The translations under genes were made by a program, and so were the position numbers. Below the pieces are notes generated by a model that was given only the letters and a program-made list of their open reading frames with translations, ran no database searches and was not told where the DNA came from. Below, piece by piece: positions 50,851-64,000 of a stretch of DNA of 64,000 nucleotides. Origin of the DNA: Mobula hypostoma (lineage: Eukaryota); NCBI RefSeq assembly GCF_963921235.1, contig NC_086097.1, forward strand, positions 23,314,001 to 23,378,000, given 5' to 3'. Every line of letters begins with the position of its first letter. Position 1 is the first letter of the stretch.

Positions 50851-52339
50851 TATATTGGCTAAGTGTTATTATTTTAGTTTGGCTGTAAGATATAGTAGCA
50901 GAATTAGGCAATTTTGCCCATTATGTCTGCTCTGCCATTTCATCATGGCTGGGTTTGTTTAGGATAACGGGAAAGTTGGGGAATGTGGTAGAGTTCTTCT
51001 GGTTGTGAATAAAAATGCGTGCAGTAATTGCCCCACAGTTATGTTTGCTTTTTCATGTTCACTCTGTTGATGTCAGAGGAAATGATTCAGAGGAGATTAT
51101 GACTAACCTATCTCTTAGATAGGCACATGGATGAATTAATAATGGAAGGTTGCATGGGAGGGAAGGGTTAGACTGATGCAATAGATTTAAAGGTTGGTAC
51201 AACATAGAGGGCCAAAGGGTCTGTACGGTGCTGTAGTGTTTTATGTTTTAACGGCTTTCTTCATGACCAAAGGAAAGTTCCTCTGCCCATAGCTGCAGGA
51301 CATAAAAGGAAATCCCTAGCGTTCCCAGAAGGATTTCAGTCACTGATTCCTACCATGCAAATAGATTTGCATTCAGTGACACCTCTTGTATTCTGCGGCC
51401 ATTTCTTTGCCATCTATTGATCATCAGCTATTCAAGTACTTGAGGAACCCATAACCTTGGCAATTGGAACAAATAGGTGGCTGTGATCTACTTTAAAAGT
51501 GATTGATTTTGAAGCAGTCCAGCTTTGATCTTGGATCTGGTAGCTAGTTCACAGAACAAATGGAAATTAATACAATTAGTTCCTTGGAGGGAAGTAATGT
51601 TTGAATGCTTCTGATGGCTGTTTTATTTTATTGAAACTAGAGGCCCTTAAAACCTCCTAGATATCAGCTCCCTTTGGCAATATAACCATTTATAGCAAAT
51701 AATAATTCACATAAAGTAAAAGACCTTCAACATTTTTGAAATATTGTGCAAAAAATCATGAACATCACCAAGTCCTTCATTGTAATTTTTGAATTTATCA
51801 AGTTGCTGGACTTCAGACAGACAATTATTTAGATGGTGTGTTTAACTCTTTTATGAAGCTTTGGCATGAAGTTTGCAGTCATCAGACATATAAGATGAAT
51901 TGCTACCTTCTTCCCCAGGCCTTCAAGATTGACGATAACTTGATTTTGGTTTTGTTAACAGTACGAGCCATTGATTTGACTGGATGCCAGAGAGAACAAG
52001 GTATCTTTAGGATAACTGGAGCTCAAAGAAATGCATCTGGATATAGATGAAGTTAGCAGAGTGTGGGGACATTTAGAACAAGTTTCCTCCTCAGCTGTGC
52101 AGATATCTGTTTTCATTTAAAATAGATAAGACACGTTGGTATGGTTGGTATTTCTTGGTTATTCTGCTAAACCTTTACACTGGCAGTAAGCTGCCATCTT
52201 AAACTGTTGTGGTAAAACAGTGCCTTATTCCATATGTGTAAGGTAGATTTCTTCTTCTCTGATCTCCTTTTTCTCCTTTAATGTTCACAGGTTCCATTTT
52301 ACCCAATTACAATTTGCTGTAGTTTGAATTAATACCTCT

Positions 52340-52625
52340 CAGAACAGAGGAGTGTCCTTTTAGAATGGAGATGGGGAGGAATTTCTTTTGTCAGAGAGTG
52401 GTGAATCTATGGAATTCGTTGCCACAAGCAGCTGTGGAGACCAAGTCTTTGTGTATATTTAAGACAGAGGTTGATAGATTCTTGATTGGTCAGGGTGTGA
52501 AGGGATCAGGGGAGGAGGCAGGAGATGGGGCTGAGGGGAAAAATTGGATCAGCCATGATGAAATGGCAGAGCAGACTCAATGGGCCAATGGCCTAATTCT
52601 GCTCCTATATCTTGTGGTCTTAATG
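52340..52625 (+). mobile_element. CR1 3' end
   Basis: RNFFCQRVVNLWNSLPQ...FKTEVDRFLI plus tail ctgctcctatatcttgtggtct. Confidence 0.85.
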
Positions 52626-53479
52626 CCACCCAAGATCAGCACTGGAAAAAACTTCATGTGACGTTCTCTTACTCTATGAATCATTTAAGCAGTGCAACTT
52701 ACTCCATCAAACAATTTCCCTTTCAGAGCAGTATCAAAATGTACTTTCTCCTTGCTGCAGGGTCAAAAATGTATCATTGTGTTCTCTCTCCTCCTTGCAA
52801 ATTGTCAGAAGCATTCAACATAGAAACGAATCATTTGGGCAATTGTTATGTATTTCATTTGTTGGGGTCTGGGCATTTCTGGTAAGGCCAGCAATTAATT
52901 CCTGTCCCTGACCAACCCTTGATGGTGCTAAGTGAGCAACCGGCTGAAACTATGAATTCAGAACAAATGGAGAAAGCATTTAAGAGTCAACACTTAGAGT
53001 AGCACTGGTATCAGATACAAGCTAGATTGGATAAAGAGGGCAGATTTTCTCTCTTGAAGAACATTAATAACTAGATGAGTTTTTTAATGACAGTTTGATG
53101 TTTTCTTGTGGTCATCATTCCCAAGCCTAATAGCTCGAATTGTAAATTCCAAGTTACTCGCAAGATTTAAATTTCATATTTGCTTCCACCACTTCCCCTG
53201 GCAGCCTGTTCCAGGCACCTTTCAGAGAGGAGGTACAGGAGCCTGAGGATGCACTCTCAACGTTTTAGGAACAGCTTCTTCCCCTTCACCATCAGATTTC
53301 TTGGGGGTCCATGAACACTAAATCACTATTTTGCTCTTTGTGCTGTAATTTATATGCTTTGTGTATTGCACTGTAATTCTGTTACAAAACAAATTTTATC
53401 ATATTTTTCAAAGATCATAAACCTGATTCTGATTTTGAATTTTGATTCTTTTCACTCTGTGTTTATATAAAGATAAAGC

Positions 53480-53975
53480 CCTGTTAATCTCCTTTTCCCT
53501 CTAGTATTTCACATTTCCATTCTTGGGGGGGTGGGGTGGAGGGAGGGGAAGGTTCTGACTATCTACCTTACCTGTGTCTTTCACAATTTGATATGCTTTC
53601 TATCAATTCACCTCTTGGGCTCCAGCACCACAGAGGAAACAATCTAAATTTGCCCAGCCTCTCCTTATACAGTCGCTAAAGCTCCCTAATCCAGTCAAAA
53701 TCCTAATGAATAGCTTCTGCGCCCTCACCGCAAGCTTCGTAACTTTCCTAAAATGCAGCAACCAGAATTGCATGCTGTGCTTCAAATGAGGCCTAACAAG
53801 TGCAAGCAATGAATTGACTTTTAAAACTCGGTGCCCCAACTGTGGAGGGCAAGCATACCACAGGCTGTCTTTTATCATCCTGTCCACTTGTGTTACTAAT
53901 TTCAGGGAGCTATGGACTTCTAGCTCACGTTCCCTATGTACGCCAGTGTTTCTAAGGGTCCTGCCATTGTTGGAA
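53480..53975 (-). mobile_element. CR1 ORF2 fragment
   Basis: LVRPHLKHSMQFW in ORF 53603..53980. Confidence 0.7.
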
Positions 53976-54689
53976 ACCACTTTTTTTTAAATAGTACTTT
54001 TTATAAGATCTGTACTTTTCAACAAACTCACATATTTTTCACAGTATGTAGTGGTTCACCCCCACTTACTGGCAGAGAGTGGTATAGCAGTTAAACTAAT
54101 GATTTATCACTGGCTAAGTATGAGCACGTTACCCACATGATATAATTGTTTTAATTATGTAGCTTGTTAATTAGTTTATTCTCTCTCAGATAGTTCCCTT
54201 ATCTATAAAGGTGAGGAGCTATCTTTATTCCTTTACCTTTGCATTCATACACCTCTTAGCACCGTTTCTCAGCTCCTTATTCAGTTTGCTTTGTGTGTGC
54301 TTGTTCTCCAAAATAAACTGAAATATTGGAATTCAGAGTGCTCTTTATTCCTGACTCCAGGAAGAACCCCTAAGGAACAGAAAATAAACAGAGATCCAAC
54401 AACCATAGCGTAGAAGCATCTTCCAAACTTGTGTTCTTTCCATATAAAGCAGAAACAAAGCCATGATTGAACTCGGTCTTTCAAAAAAAAACCTTAAATC
54501 AATGGAAGTGATCTTAGACCAAATTTACGGTGTGCATCATATGAATTGAAACACATAATCCAGTAGAACAAAGTCCAATTTATACACAACTAATATGTGT
54601 AGTTTTCAAAAACTGAAACATTCTGTACATTATGTTAGAAAGATCTTCACTAGTAGCAGACAGTGATGAAGGTCATCAAAGCTTGCACT

Positions 54690-55510
54690 TGTATCTGGAC
54701 CAACTGGAAAATTGGACTGAGAAGTGCCAGATGGAGCTGAATGTGAAGTGTAAGATGTTGCACTTGAAGAGGCCAGGGTAGGATTTACAAGTGCTGAATG
54801 GTAGGCTACAGTGGTATGCAGCAAAACAAAGGAACCTGAGAATACGGGTTCTTGAAAATCACATCACAGTTAGATTGGGCCATAAAAGTGCCTTTGGCCC
54901 ATTGTCTTTCACTAATCAGGGTACTGAGTACAGGAGTTGTGATGCTATGTTAAAGTTATATAAGACATTGAAGTGGCCAAATCTAGAGTATCATATCAGT
55001 TCTAGTCACCTACCTACAGGAAGGTGTCAATAAGTTGGAAATAGTACATACAAAATTTACGTTGATGTTGCTGGGATTTGACGACTTGAGTTACAGGAAA
55101 AAATTGAATAGATTAGGATTTTATTTTCTGGAGTGTGGGAGAATGAGGGGAGATTTCATAGAGGTATACAAAGCTTGAGAGGTACGGATAAGGTAAGTGC
55201 AAGCAGAGATTTTCTACTGAGGTTGGGTGAGACTAGAACTAAAGATCATAGATTTAGGATAAAAGGTGAAATACTTAAGAGTAGTCTAAAGGGGAACTCC
55301 TTCACTCAGGTGGTGTGAGTGTGGGGCAAGCTGCCAGCAGAGAGGGTAGAGGGTAGATACAGGTCCTAGACAAACTTAGATAGGTACATGGATGAGGGGT
55401 ATGGAGATCTATGGTGCAGATGCAGGTTGGTGTGACTAGGCAGAACCAGGCTGGTACAGACTGGATGGGGCAATGAGCCTGTTTCTGCCTGTAGATGTCT
55501 ATGACTTTGA
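54690..55510 (+). mobile_element. CR1 3' fragment
   Basis: MLKLYKTLKWPNLEY...GNSFTQVV; co-linear with 10275-10920. Confidence 0.8.
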
Positions 55511-56022
55511 CTCAGTACAAGCTTTCTGCTCATTCCTTCTCTGTTGGAGAAATTGGAGATGGGTTCCAAGTTTGATTATTTCAGGGAGATCAATATTTTT
55601 TAAATCCAATGCCCTGGTACAAGAAAAGGTTGGTGGAGAGCAAACTTGGATGGGTTACTCACCTATTCCAACTCATTGTGTTCCTGCTATCTTCAGATCG
55701 AAGATCAATCCAGATAGAAGAAAATTAAGTGCTTTATAACCGACAGGCTGAAGTTCTAATGTGGGGAAACTAGAAGCCAATGTCTCCTCACTAAGAATGT
55801 ACTCGTGGCCGGATTATCTATTTCCTTTCATTGATGGATAAACATACGTTATCACTTCAAGAATAACCCTTGTTTTTCAGAATACTACCATGATTTTCTT
55901 CATACCTCTTAAAAGGCAGAGATGCTTAGTGTTTACAGAAGTCACCAACAATTAAGAACCAATTAGTCAAAAACTCTCAGGATGAATTTTTAGGCAGACA
56001 TTTGTTTTTGATCTATTTCCAA

Positions 56023-56721
56023 CAGGCCTTCTCTCTTTCAGATGTCAGCTGCATCTGCCATATCACCTAATAATCATTCTTAATTGATAAGTGGGAAAAT
56101 GCTGCTGCTTAAACTAACAAGGTTGTTAGAAGAATAATAATCCTAGGGTACTCTTAAGTATTTATGGTCATTTATTGTTGAAGGCCCCAGTCTTTGCACT
56201 TTCCCCATAAGACCATGGAGTAGAAGTAGGCCATTTGGCCTATCGATTCTGTTCTGCCATTGAACCATGGGCTGATCTAATTCTTCCAGTTATCCCCATT
56301 CTCCTGCCTTTTCCCCATACCCTTTGATGCCCTGGCTAGTCAAGAACCTATCTACCTCTGCCTTAAATGCACCCAATGTCTTGGCCTCAACAGATTTACC
56401 ACCCTCTGATTAAAGTAACTTCTCCGCATCTCTGTTCTAAATGGACGTCCTTCAATCCTGAAGTTGTGCCCTCTTGTCCTAGAATCCCCTACCATGGGAA
56501 ATAACTTCGTCTTATTTAGTCTGTTCAGGCCTTTTACCATTTGGAATGTTTCTATGAAATCCCCCCTCATTTCCTGAACTCCAAGGAGTATAGCCCAAGA
56601 GCTGCCAGACGTTCCTCATACGGTAACACTTTCATTCCTGGAATCATTCACGTGAATCTTCTCTGAACCCTCTCCAATGTCAGTATATCCCTTCCAAAAT
56701 AAGGAGCCCAAAACTGCTCAC
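56023..56721 (-). repeat. Duplicate of 14518-15246 (about 185 bp of non-CR1 flank plus the CR1 3' end)
   Basis: caggccttctctctttcagatgtcag...aagtatttatggtcatttattgttgaaggccccagtctttgcactttccccat shared, with the same LINE junction gaccatggag. Confidence 0.9.
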
Positions 56722-57320
56722 GAGAAGACATAGGAGCAGAATCAGGCTATATGACCCATTGAGTCTGCTCCACCATCCTATCATGGCTGGTTTATTATCC
56801 CTCTCAAGCACATACTCCTGTGTTCTTCTCATACCCTTTGACACCTTGTAATCGAGAACCTATCAACCTTTACTTTAAATACCCTACTATGACTTGGCCT
56901 TCACATAGTCACCAACCCCTGGCTAAAGAATTTCCTCTTCACCTCTCTTCTAAAATGACATTCCTCTATTTTGAGCTGTGCCCTCTGCTCCTAGACCCCC
57001 CCTCCCCCAATTATAGGAAATGTCCTTTCCACATCCACTGCATCTAGAGCGTTTGATCTTCATTAGGTTTCAATGAGATCCCTCTCATTCTTCTAAACTC
57101 CAGCGAGTGCAGGTCTAGAGCTGTAAAACGTTCCTCGTACATTAATCTTTTAATTACCGGAGTCATTCTTGCGAACCTCCTCTGTACCCTCTCCACTGGC
57201 AGCACATCTTCTTTTACAGATGAGTAAAACTATTAAATGCTCCAAGTGTGGTCTGACCAATGCCTAATAAAGTCTCTGCATTGTGTCCTTGCATTTAGAT
57301 CCTTGCATTCCAGTCCTTGC
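56722..57320 (-). mobile_element. CR1 3' fragment of a different subfamily
   Basis: ataggagcagaatcaggc tail and ctggctaaagaatttcctc. Confidence 0.75.
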
Positions 57321-59477
57321 CAGTGAGTGAATATTGTTAATGGTTAGTACATGAAATAGACAACACACACACAATGCTGGAGGAACTCAGCAAGACAGAC
57401 TGTAACTGTGAAGGGGAATGGATCATCAACGTTTTGGGTAGATGTTGGAAATCCAGAGCAACAAACAAAGTGCTGGCAAACTCTGCAAGTGAGGCAGCAT
57501 CTATGGAGTGGAATGCACAGCTGACGTTTCAGACTGGGAGCAGTTACATGATCTGCAGTACATTCAATGGGCATTTTAACTTGAGTTGGAAGCTTTAGGT
57601 TATTTAGTTTGCATAATTTTAATGAAAAGCTCTATAGTTGAATTATTAATATCACTTCTGAGTTAAGCATGCATTTCATATTCTGAATACTTCCATTCCC
57701 ATGGCATATAATGAAATAAATGTCAGTATTGATTGTTTTCTATGGTACAGTCATCTGCTCTGTAACACCACTTGAAATAGTGTATGTAGCACAAATTGAT
57801 GTGCAGGCTATCTCAGACATAAAAAGTGCACTTAAAGCAGGATTGCTTTGCACCTCAATAATACCAGCGCACTAAGATGCTGCCAGCACCTGCTGCCTCC
57901 CCATCCAGAGTGAGCTATAGTTGTTCATGGGCATAGTTTCTGGGCTGACAAAATTGTGGGGTAGTGGGATGCTCAAAAGGGTGGGAAAGACCCTCTGGAG
58001 AGGGTCTGTAATTAACAGTGAGGGGACTGAAAGATAGGGCAGCTCCAACTGTGCCGTGTAAAAGGAAGCATTTGTAACTTCAGGATAAGTGTGATCAATT
58101 GGCTAGAAATTACAGTGCAGATCAAATTAATGCAAGTTGTATCTCATAAAACCAGTTATTTAACAAGACTTGATATTATCATCTTGTTAATTTGCCTTGT
58201 TCCTCGGCAGATAATCATTTGAATACATTACAGATTCTTTTCAAGTTTAGCCATGGGTGTTGTCCATTTATCGAAAGCTAGTGTAGAAAATAATAGTCCT
58301 GAGAAACGAATGGAAATGAAAAGAATTTATAATGATTTGTTCAAAGACTAATGTTGAATGTTTTTTAAATAATATTGAGTTAATTCCCAATAGCTAAATG
58401 CCCTTGCTGCAGCTCCCAATTATGACTTTATTAATTTCCCTTTTTTTTCTTTTGTTGTACCTGGATGTTCCATCCATTAAACTAATTTGCACAGAACATT
58501 GTAAGGCCAATTTCTTGCTGCACCTTATTTCTCATCTCATTAGTTAGATAAACCAAGATTCATGCCCCTATTCATTCTGACTGCCAAAGCCACCCTCCCT
58601 GCTCCCCCCCCCCCCGCCTCCCCACAACCCCGAGTACTCAATCCTGAATTTAATTGCTCCATCAGTCAAGTTGGTCGTCTCAGCTCAATGCTAGTACAAT
58701 TCGGGGCATTGGAGGTCAGAGCTCAATTTTGACGGTGTCTGCACTAAGAAGTCTGTACGTCCTTCCCATGAGCACATGGGTTTGGGGTGCTGTGGTTTCC
58801 TCCCACAGTACAAAGATGCATGGGTTAGAAGGCAAATTGGTCGTTGTAAGGTGTTCCGTGATTAGACTAGAGTTAAATAGGTGAGTCACTGGGCCTTGCA
58901 GCTCTTTGAGCCGTAAGGGCCTGCTCCATGACGCAAGTCTAAATTAAATAAATGCCAAGCCATTGCACCATTCTCTGAACGAAGAAGTTCCTCCTCAGAT
59001 TCCCTTAAATATTTCGCCTTTCACCTATGATCTCCAGTTCTGGTCTCATCCAACCTGAGTGGAAATAGCCTGCAACATTCACTGTGTCTTTACCTCCCAT
59101 AATTTTGAATAGGTCTGTAAGATCAGCCTTCATTCTTCCGCATCCTGAAGCTATTCATTCTTTCTCTATCACTCAAGTCCTGGCAGCATCCTTGTAAATT
59201 TTCTCTGTTATCTTTCAAGCTCATAGATACCTTTCTGAGGGCGGATCCCCAGATCTGCATAAAATATTGTTATCATTACAGAGCATAGAATTTTCAAAGT
59301 TCAAAGTAAATTTATTATCAAAGTACACTCATATCACCATATAATACCTTGAGATACATTTTCTTGCAGGCATTCACATTAGAACAAAAAATTACCATAG
59401 AATCAATGAAAAACTACACACAAAGACCAACAAACAACTGCTGTGCAAAAGAATAATAATTATTATTATCAAACTGC

Positions 59478-60150
59478 ATAATAAAAGACCAGGAAATTGA
59501 AGATGATAAATATTGAAAATGCCGAGGAAATACCAGAAACATTCCAACATGTTACAGGATCCTGTAGCAGTTTAACACAATCTGATTACTTGTACGGTCA
59601 AGTGGCAAACATCATTCATCAAATATTGCTTTAACATACAAACGCATAAATTAAATCACACCTAACTATAAATACAAGCCTGATCCAGTTTTAGAATCAA
59701 AATACCACAAATTATGTTACAGCCGATCTGTTATTACAGATAGGACAAACCATAGAACTGTCTGGATATAATAATACAAGATAAACAAGCAAGAACAACT
59801 TATTTAATAGATGTAACCATTCCAGACACACACAACTTGCAGGAATCTATAAGTGGAAAAGCACCAGCAATATGCTGAATTAAAAGGAAATTGAAAGACT
59901 TTGGAACATGAACAGGGTATACATTGTCCCAATAGTAATATCTACAACTGGTAGCATTCCGAAGACACTACACAATAACATTAAACAATTAGGGCTACAA
60001 AATAATAACGATGTAAATCTTCAGAAAACCACAATACTAAACATCACTAGAATAGTCCAGAACTTCTTAACAATTGACAAATGAGAGTGCTTGGCTATGC
60101 CCATACCTCAGGTTTTACCAACTTGAGCTGGGAAGAAATATAAAGAAAAT
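59478..60150 (+). mobile_element. R4/Dong-like non-LTR retrotransposon 3' fragment (zinc knuckle plus restriction-like endonuclease)
   Basis: Frameshifted translation DDKY*KC...ETFQHVTGSC...QVANIIHQ...ITDRT...DIIIQDKQARTTYLIDVTIP...YAELK...LWNMNRVYIVPIVISTTGSIPK...LQKTTILNITRIVQNFL, stop at 60082-60084; flanked by TAA repeats. Confidence 0.8.
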
Positions 60151-60409
60151 AATAATAAATAAATAATACTGAGAACCATGAATTGTCATTACCAATGAAC
60201 AGCAGTGTGAAGTGAAATGTCCTCATTTGCAAAGTCCAGGCAAATGTGAAGTGATGCATTTTGAGAGAGTTGATGCAAGAGGAAAGAATACAGTAACTGG
60301 CAAGGCCCTTACAAACTTCTGCAGCGGGATCTTGGCGTGCAAGTCCATAGCTTTCTGAATGTAGAAACACAAGTGGATGGAGTGGTAAATAAGCTGTATG
60401 ACAGACTCG

Positions 60410-61190
60410 GAACCAAATTAGGTTGATTATGTCTGACATATGTCACGAAATTTGTTGTCTTGTGGCAGCAGTATAGTGCGGGATATAGAAATTACATAAC
60501 TGAAGTTACATAAAATAACTAAATAAATAGTACAAAAGAAGAATAGCGAGGTACTGTTCAGAAATTTGATGGCAGAAGGGAAATGTTGAGTATCCCAGCT
60601 GGTGAGGGTCCTTAATGATGGATGCGGCCTTCTTGACCACCTTTTGAAAATGTTCTTGATGGTGGGGAGCCTGAATCCCCGCCCTCTGCAGCCTCTTTTG
60701 ATCCTTCACATTGGGGCCTGCTTATCAGATGGGGTTGTAACCATTCAGAGTGCTCAGTATATCCACAGACATTTTCTAGAGCAGTGGTTCCCTACCTGGT
60801 GTCCGTGGACCCTTTGGTTAATGGTAAGGGTCCATGGCATTAAAAAAAAAGGTTGGGAACCTCTGTTCTGCAGTCTTTAGTGATGTACCAAATCTTCTGA
60901 AACTCATGAAATATAGCCATTAGTGTAGCTTCTTCATAATTCCATCATTATGTTTGGCTCAGCTTAGATGTTCAGAGACGTTGATGACCAGGAACTTGAA
61001 GCTGTTCACCCTTTTCACCCTTGGCCCTCAATGAGGACTAGTGCGTGTTCCCTCAACTTCCCCTTCCTGAAATCCACAATTAATTCCTTGGTCTTACTGA
61101 CGCTGAGTGAAAGCTTGTTGCTGTGAAACCACTCAACCAACTCATCTACTTCACTTCTGTACACGTCCTCATCACCATGATTGTCTTCAT
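60410..61190 (-). mobile_element. Rex1-like LINE fragment
   Basis: YRSEVDELVEWFHSNKLSLSVSKTKELIVDFRKG; KAASIIKDPH. Confidence 0.75.
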
Positions 61191-62274
61191 GATGGCAAGT
61201 CATGTTGCAGCTATAAAAATCTTTGGTTAGGCCATTTTTAGAATATTGTTACATTTCTGGTCTCCACACTATAGGAGAAGATGTGAAGGCGTTGAAGATG
61301 GGCTCAAGATGTTCACCACGATGTTGCCTGGATTGGAAGGCATTAGCTATAACTTGGACTATTATGTCTGGAACACCAGAGGCTGAGGAGTGACTTGATT
61401 AAGATCCTCCAAACTTGTGCCTGACGCATACATGGCCCACAACCTATGAAGGAGTGTTTGGGAGATGGGTGGGTGGATCTGCCAAATGCTGCAGGGCTGT
61501 AGACATCTTCCATTGTGTACAGAGACTATTTGAGGCTGTTTTTCCAACCTTTGAACTGCTCAGGCTATGAACAGTTCTCGGGAGTGGAATGTTTCCATAA
61601 CCTGGGAAGGAAGTATGTAAATATGAGAGGCAGAGATAGGTTAGAAAGTCAGAATCTTTATTTCCCTAGGTGGACAAGTCAAATACAATGGGCTTTGAGG
61701 TGACATCGGAGAAGTTAACAGGAGATGAGGAAGATTTTTATTCAGTGTGGTAGATGTCTGCATCATGCTGCAAGGAAATTGTTGCATATATGATGCACCA
61801 TTTAAGAGGCATTTAGATGAACACAAACAGGCTGGGACTAGAGGGAGCTAGACCAAATGCAAGCAGATGGATTAGTTAGATTAGTATTGTAGTCGGTGCA
61901 GACATGGCGGACCAAAGACTTTGCTGCATTGTTCTTTGTTTTATGTTACAAAATAAAGCTTGAAGGTGCATTTGCTTGCATTAAAATCACTTACATTGTC
62001 TGTCCTAAAATGCATTTCACCATATTTATTCCTGAGGAGTGACTTCACTTGACCAGATGATGTCATAGTATTTGGTTTCACAATCTAAATAGTTTTCACT
62101 TCCATTTACTTCGTCCCCATTTTATAGACAAACAAGCATTGTGCCCATAAAAATAAGAGATTCTGCAGATCCCAGATGCTCTTAAACTCTGCATATGGTG
62201 GTATTCAGGACTGGTGATCCACAAATGTACACTAGGCCCACTTAAGACCTCCGCAAAGTCATCTTGCGTGCGCA

Positions 62275-63130
62275 GTGACAATTCCAGACCGAACTGGAAT
62301 CACAGAAGGGTGCTCGCCAGCTGTGGCAGGGTTTGAATGCAATCATCTCCTACAAAGCAAAACCATACATCATAATTGACAAGTAAGTTTAGTTCCCCAA
62401 GTAGCTCAATGCTGTTTATGCTCACTTTGACCGATAGAAAATGGAAGCACCTTCACAAACCCCCACAACCTTGACGACCCTGTGATTTCAGACCCTGAGG
62501 CTGACGAGAGAGCATCCTTTGGGAGGGTGAACCCAGGGAGAACATCTTGTCCAGACAGTATACCAGGCCGAGTACTGAAGACCTGTGCTAATCAACTGTC
62601 TGCAGTGCTTACTGATATCTTCAACCTCTCTTTGGCAGTGTGAAGTGTCCACCTACTTCAAGCAGGCTTCAATCATACAGGTGCCCAAGAAGAATGTGGT
62701 TACCTGGTCTCAATGACTATCGTTCAGTAGCACTTATGTCCACTGTAATGAAATATGTTGAGAGGTTGGCCGCGAAGCAAATCAACTCTTGCCTGAGGGC
62801 TGACTTGGATCTGCTTCAATTTGCCTACCATTGCAACAGGTTCACAGCAGATGCTATTTCAATGGCTCTACACTCAGCTCTGGTAGATGCACACATCTGG
62901 CTGCTCATCCTTGACAATAGATCAACATTCAACATTACCTTCCCCTTGAAGCTAATCACTAGACTCCTAGACCGATAACTTCTTGTGGAACTGGATCCTC
63001 GCCTTCTCACTTGCAGACCCCTATCATTATGGAATAGCAACATCATCTCCTCCATGTTCACCGCCAGCAAAAAGGGAACCACCAGACTCCATGCTTAGCC
63101 TCCCCTGCTATGCTTGCTATTGTACCTATA
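62275..63130 (+). mobile_element. Rex1-like LINE RT N-terminal fragment
   Basis: LNDYRSVALMSTVMKYVERL...LDLLQFAY...STFN. Confidence 0.8.
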
Positions 63131-63134
63131 AATT

Positions 63135-64000
63135 CAGAATTGGAATCAGGTTTAATATCATTGGCATATGTTGTGAAATTTGTTGTTTTGTACATTGCAA
63201 TACATAAAAACTATAAATTACAATAATTATATACAGTGTATATAAAAAATGTAAGGAGGGCAAAGAGAGTGGAAAAATACTGAGGCAGTGTTCATGGGTT
63301 CATTGTCCATTCAGAAATCTGGTGGAGGAGAGGAAGCTGTTCCTGAAATGTTGAATGTGTGTCTTCAAACTCCTGTACCTCCTCTCTGATGGTAGCAATG
63401 AGAAAAGGACATGTCCTGCGTGATGGATGCTGCCTTTTTGAGGCATCACCTTTTGATGGTGTCCCAGATGCTGTGGAGGCTCATGCCATGATGGAGCTGC
63501 CCAAGTTTACAACTTTCTACAGCTTTTATCTGATCATGTGCGATGGTCCTTCCATACGAGATGGTGATGCAACCAGTTATACTGCTCTCATCTGTAGAAA
63601 TGTTCGAGCATCTTTAGTGAGATACCAATTCTCCTCAAGCTCCCAATGAAGTATGGCCACTGTCGTGCCTTCTTTGTAATTGCATCAATATGTTGGGCCC
63701 AGTGTAGATCCTCGGAGATGCTGGCACCCAGGAACTTGAAGCCGCTCACTTTTTCCACTGCTGATCACTCAAAGAGCACTGGTGTGTGTTCCATCGACTT
63801 CCTCTTTCTGAAATCCACAATCATTTCCTTGGTCTTAATAACTTTAAGTGCAGGGTTATTGCTGCAAAACCACACAACCAGCTGATCTATCTCACTCCTG
63901 TATGCCTCCTTGTTACCGTCTGAAATTCAGTCAACAATCGTCAATGACAAATTTATAGGTGCCATTTGAGCTATGCCTATTCACACAATTGTGGGTGTCG
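63135..64000 (-). mobile_element. Rex1-like LINE 3' fragment running off the window
   Basis: (gattc)n-type tail at about 63135-63150; aggaacttgaagc (FKFL) and ttccttggtctt (KTKE) on the minus strand. Confidence 0.75.

Noticed and set aside
51408..51420. Second CTCF-like motif (TCAATAGATGGCA, minus strand)
   Set aside because: Lacks the CCAC/CCAG half of the core; too weak to call.
1008..57540. Recurrent tgctggaggaactcagcagg repeats as a CRISPR-like or satellite array
   Set aside because: Dispersed, in both orientations and attached to Penelope ends; no regular spacing, and the DNA is eukaryotic.
1..64000. Flanking neurexin exons (upstream EGF-ending exon, downstream KGPETL... exon)
   Set aside because: Not found by eye; presumably outside the window, consistent with very long neurexin introns.

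Overview
Vertebrate genomic DNA, most likely a cartilaginous fish (inferred from the mix of CR1, V-SINE/HE1-like, Penelope and Rex1-like repeats). The window appears to lie wholly inside an alpha-neurexin gene on the + strand, best matching NRXN3. Only two coding exons are recognisable: a 204-nt LNS4 exon (30297-30500) and the 27-nt splice-site-3 microexon (44895-44921, DCIRINCNS), which the ORF track misses. The rest is intron, densely filled with decayed mobile elements: many CR1 LINE pieces (one about 3.6 kb), Rex1/Babar-like LINEs, two lineages of Penelope-like elements, a full-length defective Tc1 transposon, a Tc1 deletion derivative, an R4/Dong-like RLE retrotransposon fragment and several SINE families. 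Almost all ORFs in the track are TE remnants or chance ORFs. The most interesting observations are: (1) the abundant Penelope terminal repeats carry a minimal hammerhead-ribozyme motif, often as fold-back pairs; (2) a strong candidate stop-containing cassette exon about 0.8 kb downstream of the SS3 microexon; (3) a CR1-plus-flank unit present twice, 41.5 kb apart. TE boundaries are approximate and family names come from recognised motifs, not from database searches.
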